DNA of 64,000 nucleotides from NCBI GenBank assembly GCA_040769985.1, contig JAXGJZ010000013.1, positions 15,174-79,173 of the forward strand, read 5' to 3'. Within the stretch, counting starts at the first letter, position 1, and each line of letters opens with the position of its first letter. The notes under the pieces were generated by a model, which saw only the letters and a list, made by a program, of their open reading frames with translations, searched no databases and was not told the origin of the DNA. The position numbers were made by a program, and so were the translations under genes. The DNA is from Desulfobacterales bacterium. Lineage in GTDB: Bacteria > Desulfobacterota > Desulfobacteria > Desulfobacterales > JAHDSC01. Shown here piece by piece: positions 56,175 through 64,000 of the stretch.

Positions 56175-56898
56175 GGTTTTCCAGACCGCAGTGCATTCGG
56201 TCCAGCCCGACGACTTTTTTACAGGCAAGACAAATTCCGGCCATAAACGCTTCTCTGTTTATCGTATTGCTTTCCAGGATAAACGTTTCGCCTGTCGCGC
56301 CGAATACCACCCTGTGATGGGAAACCAACCCGGGCAGACGAACCGAATGAATCGGAATCCCCTTGCAGTTCGCTCCTCTGGCACCGGGAATAATTTTTTT
56401 TTCAAGATTCATCCCTGCACCGGGCCGGAGATTTTCAGATATCATTTCCGCCGCACGAATTGCCGTTGCCGAAGGTGAATCCAATTTTTCATCATGGTGT
56501 GATTCCATTATTTCCGCATACGGAAAGAAGCGGGCCGCTTCTTTCGCTAATTTCATCAACAGAATCGCACTGATGGAAAAATTGGGGACGATCATTCCCC
56601 CAAGTCCCTTTTCACGGCACTTTTCCTGGAGCACCTTTACCTGTTCAGGAAGAAGGCCGCTGGTCCCGATGAGGGGATGAGCCCCTGAATCGATGATGGA
56701 AAGACTGTTTTCGTAAACCGTTTCAGCGGATGTAAAGTCTAATACCACCCGTGCCCGGGTATTTGAGATCATGGTCGGTAAATGGTCTTGATAATCAGCC
56801 TTGCCGACCAGTTTCAGGGCGGGATCTTTTTCCACGGCTCGAACCGCGATTCGGCCGGTTTTTCCCTTTGCGCCATTTACGAGTACGTTGATTGGCAT
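56167..56898 (-). CDS. dapB: 4-hydroxy-tetrahydrodipicolinate reductase
   Basis: 243 aa from the internal ATG (MPINVLVNGAKGKTGR...), with the motifs ESHHDEKLDSPSATA and HSVRLPGLVSHH. Confidence 0.9.
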   Translation of the reverse strand: MPINVLVNGAKGKTGRIAVRAVEKDPALKLVGKADYQDHLPTMISNTRARVVLDFTSAETVYENSLSIIDSGAHPLIGTSGLLPEQVKVLQEKCREKGLGGMIVPNFSISAILLMKLAKEAARFFPYAEIMESHHDEKLDSPSATAIRAAEMISENLRPGAGMNLEKKIIPGARGANCKGIPIHSVRLPGLVSHHRVVFGATGETFILESNTINREAFMAGICLACKKVVGLDRMHCGLENLM

Positions 56899-56942
56899 TT
56901 TCGTACCCTTAATGAAAAAAATCGAAAAAGCATAACCCTGTC

Positions 56943-56995
56943 TTGAACCGCGACATCGAGCGCTAACCCCGCGGCTTCCCGCGGCTTTCTTCAAT
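56943..56995 (+). repeat. short (53-bp) internally deleted member of the repeat family
   Basis: TTGAACCGCGACATCGAGCGC + CCCCGCGG-CTTC-CCGCGG + CTTTCTTCAAT. These are the 5' and 3' ends of copy B joined through one hairpin. Confidence 0.65.
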
Positions 56996-57095
56996 CGTTT
57001 CGGGTGAAACCCGATCGACGCTCGGTATTCCAAAAATTGACGAGTTGATATGGGCCCATAAGACGAGGACCGGAAATGCTATGGGGTCAATTTTT

Positions 57096-57926
57096 TCATT
57101 GATGTTTTGTTTTGCCGCTTTCCCCCCCCTGTGCCGGGTGATGGCCGGAGGTCTCGTCCTCGATTGCGCGACCGGGGTTCCCCTCAACCTTTTTAAGGAT
57201 GTCGAGGACGTTCGATTCGGGAAGCCAGTCGATTTCACCGGTCGACACATCATAAATCGCACCCACCACCTTGGCAATTCCCTTCTTAACGATTTCGCGG
57301 GTTGCAGGGCTGTTCATGAAGAGATCTTCGATCCCCTGCCACACATTTTCTTCGATTGCGTAAGGAATAATATCATCGCCGGTGATGTCCGGATTCATGG
57401 CCATTGCCCGACTGACCGCCGGACTAATATTGTCGACCAGTGGCACAATATTCCGTTCGAGAGCATGGCCTTTGCCGCTCAGTGCATGCGTGACCGCGGT
57501 TACGGCCCCGCATCGGGTATGACCCAGAACGACCAGAACCGGCGTATGCACGTGGGCCAGACCATATTCGATGGATCCGATTTCATCCACGTCACAGACG
57601 TTGCCAGCAACCCGGACAACAAAAATATCCATGACGCCGGCGTCAAAAATCAGTTCCACCGGGACGCGTGAATCCGAACAGGTTATGACGGTAGCGTAAG
57701 CATAATCCTTTTGTTCGGATTTTCCGGCCAGTTTGAGACGTTCGGAACCAATATTGGGATGTATCGTCTTTTCTTTGACAAACCGCTGGTTGCCGTCCTT
57801 CAGCATCTTAAGTGCCATATCAGGGCCGGGCTTATGGGCAACCTCCCGGGAATGGAAAACAACAAACAAGGTGAGAACTGCAACAATGCAGCACGCGGTT
57901 AATGCTAATTTGATCATGCGATTCAT
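57096..57926 (-). CDS. beta-class carbonic anhydrase with N-terminal membrane anchor or signal
   Basis: CSDSRV and HTRCGAV zinc-ligand motifs. Hydrophobic N-terminus IKLALTACCIVAVLTLFVVF. Start set at MNRMIKL by counting from the ORF track. Confidence 0.88.
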   Translation of the reverse strand: MNRMIKLALTACCIVAVLTLFVVFHSREVAHKPGPDMALKMLKDGNQRFVKEKTIHPNIGSERLKLAGKSEQKDYAYATVITCSDSRVPVELIFDAGVMDIFVVRVAGNVCDVDEIGSIEYGLAHVHTPVLVVLGHTRCGAVTAVTHALSGKGHALERNIVPLVDNISPAVSRAMAMNPDITGDDIIPYAIEENVWQGIEDLFMNSPATREIVKKGIAKVVGAIYDVSTGEIDWLPESNVLDILKKVEGNPGRAIEDETSGHHPAQGGESGKTKHQ

Positions 57927-58416
57927 TCTGTCATCCTTTTTAGAGTGGTTAAGATTCCAATTCTGAAGAGGTGCGGGATCCATACAAAATTATCCTGCCG
58001 ATCATCGGTCTTGCATAGGATTTTTTCTGTTCGATGATTTGATTGGATTAAATCTTATCTTTATAACGGTTCTTATTGCAGCTTTCCTTAACAGGTTATC
58101 GGGACGAGGTCAATAAATGGTTTTTTCCGGAATGCCCGTCGGCAAGCTGTTTCATTCGATCCCGCTTCCGAAGGATATCCCAAGATTGCCTTGACAACAA
58201 AAACATGAGAGAATATTTTTTAAAAAATGAACAACAGGAAAAGGGCGCCCGGTAAAGTGCTTTATTGTGGCTAAAAATCCCCTTTCTATCCGAATCCCGT
58301 GAAGATCCTCCAGCAACCTGACCACAAAAGACCTTTGAAAAATACTCCAATTCAGGTTCAAGGAATGCGGTGATTTATAACCACGGGAATACATTTTTAA
58401 AATAAAGGAGAATGCC

Positions 58417-59871
58417 ATGTTTAGGGAAAAATACCAACGGATAAACCAATCCGTTCTTTTTGGATTCATTTTTTGCATGATTTCATGGCTGGCGGCAATG
58501 AGTCTTGCCCCCCCACTTACGTCAGCGTCGGCTGCGCATCACGATTTGGCCGGGTCGAATATCCCCGAGTCCTTTGCGGAACTGGTGAAAATCGCCAGCC
58601 CCTCGGTGGTAAATATCTATAGCGTTAAAGTGGTCAAGGGACAGCCTTGGGCACCCATGCCGTTTGGTCCGGATGACCCTTTCAAGGATTTTTTCGAACG
58701 TTTCTTCGGAGAGCAGATGCCGAGGGATTTTAAACAACAAAGCCTTGGAAGCGGTTTTATCATCAATAAAGACGGCTTCATTTTAACCAACAACCACGTG
58801 GTGGAAAAAGCCGATGAGATTAAGGTTAAGCTGGCAAACGAAAAAGAATTTTCCGCCAGAGTGATCGGTCGCGATCCAAAGACGGACCTGGCTCTCATCC
58901 GCATCGAACCGGATATCCCGTTGACTCCTTTGCAGTTCGGTGATTCGGATACGCTCGAAGTGGGGGATTGGGTTGTCGCCATCGGCAATCCTTTCGGCCT
59001 GGGTAACACCGTGACCGCAGGCATTGTCAGCGCCATGTATCGGCAAATCGGTGCGGGGGCGTATGATAACTTTATTCAGACCGATGCCTCCATCAATCCG
59101 GGCAACAGTGGCGGACCTCTGCTGAACACGGCCGGGGAGGTGATTGGAATCAATTCCGCCATTTTTTCGCAGAGCGGCGGGAACATCGGCATCGGTTTCG
59201 CCATTCCCATCAATATGGCAAAAGACCTGCTTCCCCAGCTTGAAAAGGGAAAGGTGATTCGGGGATGGCTGGGCGTCATCATTCAAAAGATCACCCCGGA
59301 TTTGAAGGACAAACTGAAGTTGAAGGATGAAAAAGGAGCACTGGTGGCGGATGTGACGTCCGGCGGTCCGGCGGACAAGGCCGGAATAAAAAGAGGGGAT
59401 GTCATCACATCCTTTGACGGCAAGAATATCACGAATACCTCCGATCTGCCCTATGTCGTTGCGTCCACGCCGGTTGGAAAAAATGTGAAGGTGACCGTTA
59501 TCCGTGACGGCCGAATGAAAACTTTTCAGGTGAAGGTCGGGGAGTTGGAAGAGGAAAAAGAAACTACGATCATCAGCGAAAAGTCACCCCGGCTCGGAAT
59601 GACCGTGGAGGAGATCAATCCGGAGATTGCAAGACGATTAAACCTTTCTGATACAACCGGTCTGGTCGTGGTCCGGGTCGAAAGAAATTCTCCCGCCGCG
59701 GAAGCCGGTATTCAGTCGGGCGATGTCATCCTTGAAGTCGACCAGGTTCCGGTTAAAGAGATGGATTCATTCAACCGAAAGATGCAGGGGTATAACCCGG
59801 GGGATAAAATCCTGTTCTTGATCAAACGTGGCGGATTTACTCAGTATATCACGATTGAACTGCCGAAATAG
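58417..59871 (+). CDS. degP: periplasmic serine endoprotease DegP/HtrA (trypsin domain + 2 PDZ)
   Basis: Catalytic triad context (TNNHVV, DLALIRI, GNSGGPL) and two PDZ-like segments (GALVADVTSGGPADKAGIKRGDVI; GLVVVRVERNSPAAEAGIQSGDVI). Confidence 0.94.
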   Translation: MFREKYQRINQSVLFGFIFCMISWLAAMSLAPPLTSASAAHHDLAGSNIPESFAELVKIASPSVVNIYSVKVVKGQPWAPMPFGPDDPFKDFFERFFGEQMPRDFKQQSLGSGFIINKDGFILTNNHVVEKADEIKVKLANEKEFSARVIGRDPKTDLALIRIEPDIPLTPLQFGDSDTLEVGDWVVAIGNPFGLGNTVTAGIVSAMYRQIGAGAYDNFIQTDASINPGNSGGPLLNTAGEVIGINSAIFSQSGGNIGIGFAIPINMAKDLLPQLEKGKVIRGWLGVIIQKITPDLKDKLKLKDEKGALVADVTSGGPADKAGIKRGDVITSFDGKNITNTSDLPYVVASTPVGKNVKVTVIRDGRMKTFQVKVGELEEEKETTIISEKSPRLGMTVEEINPEIARRLNLSDTTGLVVVRVERNSPAAEAGIQSGDVILEVDQVPVKEMDSFNRKMQGYNPGDKILFLIKRGGFTQYITIELPK

Positions 59872-60101
59872 CCACCCAGGTTCATTCAGGTCTAACCCCA
59901 CTCAAACCGAATGAGAGTTGTGGCCTCGTTCCCCTTGTCCGCCTTCTGAGCGAGCGGAGCGAAAAAGATGGGCGGAAAGCTGATATCCGGTTCAAAAGAT
60001 TCTCGATGAATCGAAAAATTTCGTTCAAGCATTGAAAGAGACCTATGGCAGGCATTCACTGCCTGAACAATATGGATTCAGAAAAATAAGAGGGGATAAA
60101 T

Positions 60102-60176
60102 ATGAAAAGGATTGCTATCAACGGGTTTGGCTACTCAAGGCGTCTACTGGATGCAATCGAACGTCTTCCGCTTTGA
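60102..60176 (+). pseudogene. probable N-terminal remnant of a glyceraldehyde-3-phosphate dehydrogenase gene
   Basis: After an RBS-like AGAGGGG, the ATG opens MKRIAINGFGYSRRLLDAIERLPL*. This compares with the GAPDH consensus M.KI.INGFGRIGR. The sequence that follows has no long ORF. Confidence 0.35.
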
Positions 60177-60392
60177 AAAGATGGAGGTCTTGTCTACAAT
60201 TCATGACAAGGTGGATCGGCGATCTGCAGAGAAACTCGTGGTCAGGGTAATACGGGAGAGGCGCTGACTAATATCTCCCATACCCCTATCCAAAATATTG
60301 ACGGCTTTTCCCCCGGCCGAGGTGACAAAAACATCCTGAAGTCCGAACAGTTACTCAGACCTTCCCACAAAGAAAACATATAGGGAGGTATT

Positions 60393-62915
60393 ATGGCCAT
60401 TCCTTCGTATTATCTTGTACCTCCTTTGCCTGAAGGTCTCGAAGCCCTTGGTGAGATGGCGCTGGACCTTCGTTGGTCCTGGAGCCATGCCACTGACACC
60501 CTCTGGGAACGGATTGACCCGGAACTATGGGGATTGACCCGCAACCCATGGCTCATCCTGCAGACGGTATCCAGGGTCCGGCTCAAAGCTTTGGCCGATG
60601 ATTCCGTCTTTCTGTCTATAGTGAATCAACATTTCAAGGCTCACCAGGAAACCCTGGAAGAAAAAACCTGGTTTCAAAAGGCGCATTCAGATTCACCGCT
60701 GACCGTTGCCTACTTCAGCATGGAGTTCGGTCTGAGCGAGGCCTTGCCCATCTACTCCGGTGGGCTGGGAATTCTGGCAGGAGACAATCTCAAGACCGCC
60801 AATGACCTGGGCGTGCCGCTGGTGGGCATAAGTCTTCTTTACCACCAGGGATATTTCCGTCAGTGCCTTGATGCAAGTGGCAGCCAGATGGAGTTTTACC
60901 CATACAACGAAGCCAGCCAGCTCCCAATTATGCCCGTCCGTGACGAAGCCGGGGAATGGCTGCGGGTGGAGTTGGAATTTCCCGGGCGACGGCTGAGGCT
61001 TCGACCATGGAAGGCCAAGGTGGGGCGGGTGAATCTCTATCTGCTCGACGGCAACGATCCGACCAACAGCCCTGCCGACCAAGGTATTACCAGTGAGCTG
61101 TATGGCGGTGGATCGGAGCTTCGCCTGCAACAGGAAATCATTCTCGGTGTCGGCGGCTGGCGCCTCCTGAGAAACCTCGGCATTGAAGCCACTGTCTGCC
61201 ATCTTAACGAAGGGCACCCTGCCATGGCTGTTCTTGAAAGAGCAAGAACATTCATGGAAGATAATAAACAGCCCTTCGAGGTGGCACTGGCTGCAACCCG
61301 TGCCGGAAATATTTTCACGACCCATACCCCCGTTGATGCGGGCTTCGATCGCTTTTCACCGGCACTGGTAGGCCAGTACCTGGGAGCTTATGCCGGTCAG
61401 CTTGGCATTGGCCTCAAAGATCTTCTTGCCCTCGGGCGTCGGAACCCAAATGATGTTGAAGAGCCGTTCAACATGGCATATCTTGCTATGCGGGGAGCAA
61501 ATCGGGTCAATGGCGTAAGCCGTCTTCATGGCGAGATCAGCCGGCGAATTTTCCAGGTTCTGTTCGACCGGTGGCCGCGTAACGAGGTTCCGGTGACGCA
61601 TGTAACGAATGGGGTGCATATGCCCTCCTGGGATTCGGAATTCGCGGATAAGCTTTGGACCCAGGCATGCGGCAAGGAGCGTTGGCTGGACACAATGAGC
61701 ACCATTGAGAAGGATTTTAAAAAACTGCCGGATGAGACGCTCTGGGGATTCCGCAATGAGGGCCGACGGAAGTTGATTGACTATGCACGGAAACGGCTTG
61801 CCCGGCAGCTTGAGGCAGCGGGAGCTTCAGCCAAAAATATCCGAAAGGCCGGGCAAATTCTGGACCCCGATGCGCTCACTATCGGATTTGCACGACGTTT
61901 CGCCAGCTATAAGCGGCCCAACCTGCTTCTCTATGACCGGGATCGACTGGTTCGTCTGCTGAACCATCCCAAGCGGCCTGTGCAGATCATCATTGCCGGA
62001 AAGGCCCACCCCAAGGATGAAATCGGAAAAGACCTGATCCAGACCTGGATCAAGTTCATCCGCCGTCCGGAAGTGCGTCCCAAAGCGATATTCCTTGTAG
62101 ATTACGACATGGTGCTGGCTGAACAGATGGTGCAGGGTGTCGATCTTTGGATCAATACGCCCCGCCGCCCATGGGAGGCTTGCGGCACCAGCGGTATGAA
62201 GGTTCTGGTCAACGGCGGAATCAACCTCTCCGAGTTGGACGGCTGGTGGGCCGAAGCCTACCGTCCGGAGGCGGGCTGGGCCCTGGGGAATGGAAAAGAG
62301 CACGGCGATGATTCAGCCTGGGATGCCTATGAAGCGGAACAGCTCTACCATCTGCTTGAGGATGAAGTCATTCCCTGTTTTTACGATAGGGACATCAACG
62401 GTATTCCGCGTGCCTGGATGGCGCGGACGAGAATGAGTATGGCTGAACTTACCCCGCGTTTCAGCACCAACCGGATGCTTCGAGAGTATGTCGAAACGCT
62501 CTACCTGCCGGCTTCTTATGCCTATCGGTGTCGTTGTGCCGACGGGGCCGACAAGGCGCTACGTCTCTGCCGCTGGCATGAGTCCCTTGAAATCCATTGG
62601 CACCGGATGCGCTTCGGCACCTTGAACCTGCAGGAGGAAGGCAGTCATTACAGCTTTTCAGTACCGGTTTACCTGGATGATTTCGATCCTGACGTCATAC
62701 AAGTTCAGCTTTACGCGGAGCCCCTGAGCACTGAAAAACCCGAGATCCACCTCATGGAGCGCAACGGAGCTCTGCCCGGGGCGGTCAACGGCTATCATTA
62801 CCGGGCTCGTATCGAGGCCCGGCGTTCGGCGAGCGATTATACGCCGCGTATCATTCCCGCTTTTGACGGTGCTTCGATTCCCATAGAAGCGCAACAGATC
62901 CTTTGGTATAAATAA
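60393..62915 (+). CDS. glgP: alpha-glucan phosphorylase (GT35, DUF3417-type N-terminus)
   Basis: 840 aa. FSMEFGL...PIYSGGLGILAGD, TTHTPV, and the PLP-lysine region FARRFASYKRP ... GTSGMK. Confidence 0.92.
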   Translation: MAIPSYYLVPPLPEGLEALGEMALDLRWSWSHATDTLWERIDPELWGLTRNPWLILQTVSRVRLKALADDSVFLSIVNQHFKAHQETLEEKTWFQKAHSDSPLTVAYFSMEFGLSEALPIYSGGLGILAGDNLKTANDLGVPLVGISLLYHQGYFRQCLDASGSQMEFYPYNEASQLPIMPVRDEAGEWLRVELEFPGRRLRLRPWKAKVGRVNLYLLDGNDPTNSPADQGITSELYGGGSELRLQQEIILGVGGWRLLRNLGIEATVCHLNEGHPAMAVLERARTFMEDNKQPFEVALAATRAGNIFTTHTPVDAGFDRFSPALVGQYLGAYAGQLGIGLKDLLALGRRNPNDVEEPFNMAYLAMRGANRVNGVSRLHGEISRRIFQVLFDRWPRNEVPVTHVTNGVHMPSWDSEFADKLWTQACGKERWLDTMSTIEKDFKKLPDETLWGFRNEGRRKLIDYARKRLARQLEAAGASAKNIRKAGQILDPDALTIGFARRFASYKRPNLLLYDRDRLVRLLNHPKRPVQIIIAGKAHPKDEIGKDLIQTWIKFIRRPEVRPKAIFLVDYDMVLAEQMVQGVDLWINTPRRPWEACGTSGMKVLVNGGINLSELDGWWAEAYRPEAGWALGNGKEHGDDSAWDAYEAEQLYHLLEDEVIPCFYDRDINGIPRAWMARTRMSMAELTPRFSTNRMLREYVETLYLPASYAYRCRCADGADKALRLCRWHESLEIHWHRMRFGTLNLQEEGSHYSFSVPVYLDDFDPDVIQVQLYAEPLSTEKPEIHLMERNGALPGAVNGYHYRARIEARRSASDYTPRIIPAFDGASIPIEAQQILWYK

Positions 62916-63026
62916 AATAAGTGACCTGCATGACCCGGCAGTCATGAAATGATTTACATGGTCCAACCGGCAAACCCATACCTCAGGCAATTAACGGTTA
63001 AAGAAGAAAAAAGAGCGTTTTTCGGC

Positions 63027-63185
63027 GGATGCAATCCACTTGAACCGCGACAGCGAGCGCATTCCCCGCGGCTTGCTGCGGGGTTAGCGAGCGAATTAAA
63101 AATTAGATAAAAAGTCCTTACGGTCGAAGATTCCCTGCGGTTTGCCGCAGGCTTCTTCAATCCTGCGATTGCTTGTTTGAACCGC
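63027..63185 (+). repeat. intergenic repeat family, full-length copy B, followed by a restart of the 5' motif
   Basis: GGATGCAATCC (63027-63037), then TTGAACCGCGACAGCGAGCGC. Hairpin CCCCGCGG-CTTG-CTGCGGGG (63064-83), an AT-rich linker, CCTTACGGTCGAAGATTCC, hairpin CCTGCGG-TTTG-CCGCAGG (63134-51), CTTCAAT (63155-61), and a second TTGAACCGC at 63177-85. Confidence 0.7.
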
Positions 63186-63241
63186 TGTAAAATCTACATT
63201 GTCGTTTTAACTACGGAGGAAAGAAAGATAAGATAGACAAA

Positions 63242-64000
63242 ATGCCAGGGACCTTCGTTGGTTTGAAGAAATCGGGATCGAGGATATTCCCATTGTCGGC
63301 GGGAAAAACGCCTCATTGGAGGGAAATGTATCGTGAACTGACAAGCCGGGTGGTTTAAATTCCCAGCGGTTTTGCTGTAACGGCTGAAGCCTACCGGCAT
63401 GTTGTAAACTCCGCAGGCATTCTGGACCAGCTCAAGGGGGCGATGGCCGGTTCTGGACAAGACAGATGCCACGGGTCTTTCAAAACGAGGGAAGATTGTG
63501 CGTGATTTGATTTTAGGTGCCGGTATCCCGGATGAACTCTGGTCCGAAATAAAGACCGCCAATGACCGGCTCTGTGAACAATACGGCAATGAGGTCGATG
63601 TTGCCGTTCGGAGTTCGGCGACTGCGGAGGATCTTCCCACCGCTTCCTTTGCCGGCCAGCAGGAGATTTATCTCGATATCCGGGGGCACCATGCCTTGCG
63701 GGAGGCATGCAGCAAGTGCTTTGCATCGCTTTTTACCAATCGGGCGATTTCCTGTCGCATTGACAACAACTTCAGTCATTTCAAGGTTGCCCTGTCAGTC
63801 GGAATCATGATGATGATCCGATCGGATCCAACGACCTGACCCAGCTTTGTTTGGGGGTGGACCGCGATTCGGCGCTGGTGGCGCATGACTTCGACGAACG
63901 CGATCCCGGGGTAATGCGGATGATTTCCATGGCTGTCCAGGGAGCCAGGAGGAATCATCGCCACAGCGGACTGTGCGGCCGGGCTCCGAGCGACTATCCG
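63242..64000 (+). pseudogene. ppsA: decayed phosphoenolpyruvate synthase (pyruvate, water dikinase) gene; continues past the window end
   Basis: PpsA N-domain motifs lie in shifting frames (IPIVGGKNASL | EMYRELTSR | TAA | IPSGFAVTAEAY | VLDKTDATGLSKRGKIVRDLI...VAVRSSATAEDLPTASFAGQQE...ALSVGIMMMIRSD). They are joined directly at about 63821-63827 to the C-terminal motif GSNDLTQL...DERDP...GLCG.APSD. The phosphohistidine domain is absent. Confidence 0.88.

Noticed and set aside
60393-62915. glgP looks GC-rich (sampled lines 63-67% GC) compared with degP (about 42%), suggesting horizontal acquisition
   Set aside because: A sampled PFOR line was 68% GC, so high GC here appears gene-specific (codon bias) rather than a clear island signal. 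It cannot be decided without computed statistics.

Overview
The window looks like a chromosomal segment from an anaerobic sulfate/sulfite-reducing Desulfobacterota-type bacterium. That assignment is an inference from a canonical two-cysteine DsrC, an AhbA/AhbB-type siroheme decarboxylase subunit, PFOR, a class I Fe-S fumarase and many hybrid histidine kinases. Most of the content is housekeeping: eno, metG, holB, lptD, miaA, mnmG, hpt, ddl, a purD-purE fusion, tsaC, dapB, degP, glgP and two tRNAs. There is also a central-carbon block (fumA-type fumarase, PFOR, fumC), a small sulfur/siroheme-related cluster, and a dense two-component signalling block. I recognised no cas genes, CRISPR array, transposase, integrase, restriction-modification system, toxin-antitoxin pair or other defence or mobile island, so I cannot name a novel protein-coding system here. 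Three things are not explained by ordinary annotation. (1) A family of short intergenic repeats combines a TTGAACCG(C)/CGGTTCAA motif, GC-rich tetraloop hairpins and a CTTCAAT tail. Two full copies of about 125 bp lie upstream of eno and of a ppsA remnant, and truncated or palindromic derivatives occupy at least seven more intergenic sites. (2) Several genes are decayed: ppsA has frameshifts, a stop codon and an internal deletion of about 1.6 kb. There is also a DUF89 remnant, a probable gap N-terminal remnant, and a hexapeptide-repeat gene broken at a G-run. (3) Several architectures are unusual: a PurD-PurE fusion, two non-homologous fumarases flanking PFOR, a specialised NusG paralogue, and a zinc-ribbon/DUF3426-like protein with 189-bp acidic tandem repeats. 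All family assignments come from reading motifs by eye; no searches were run.
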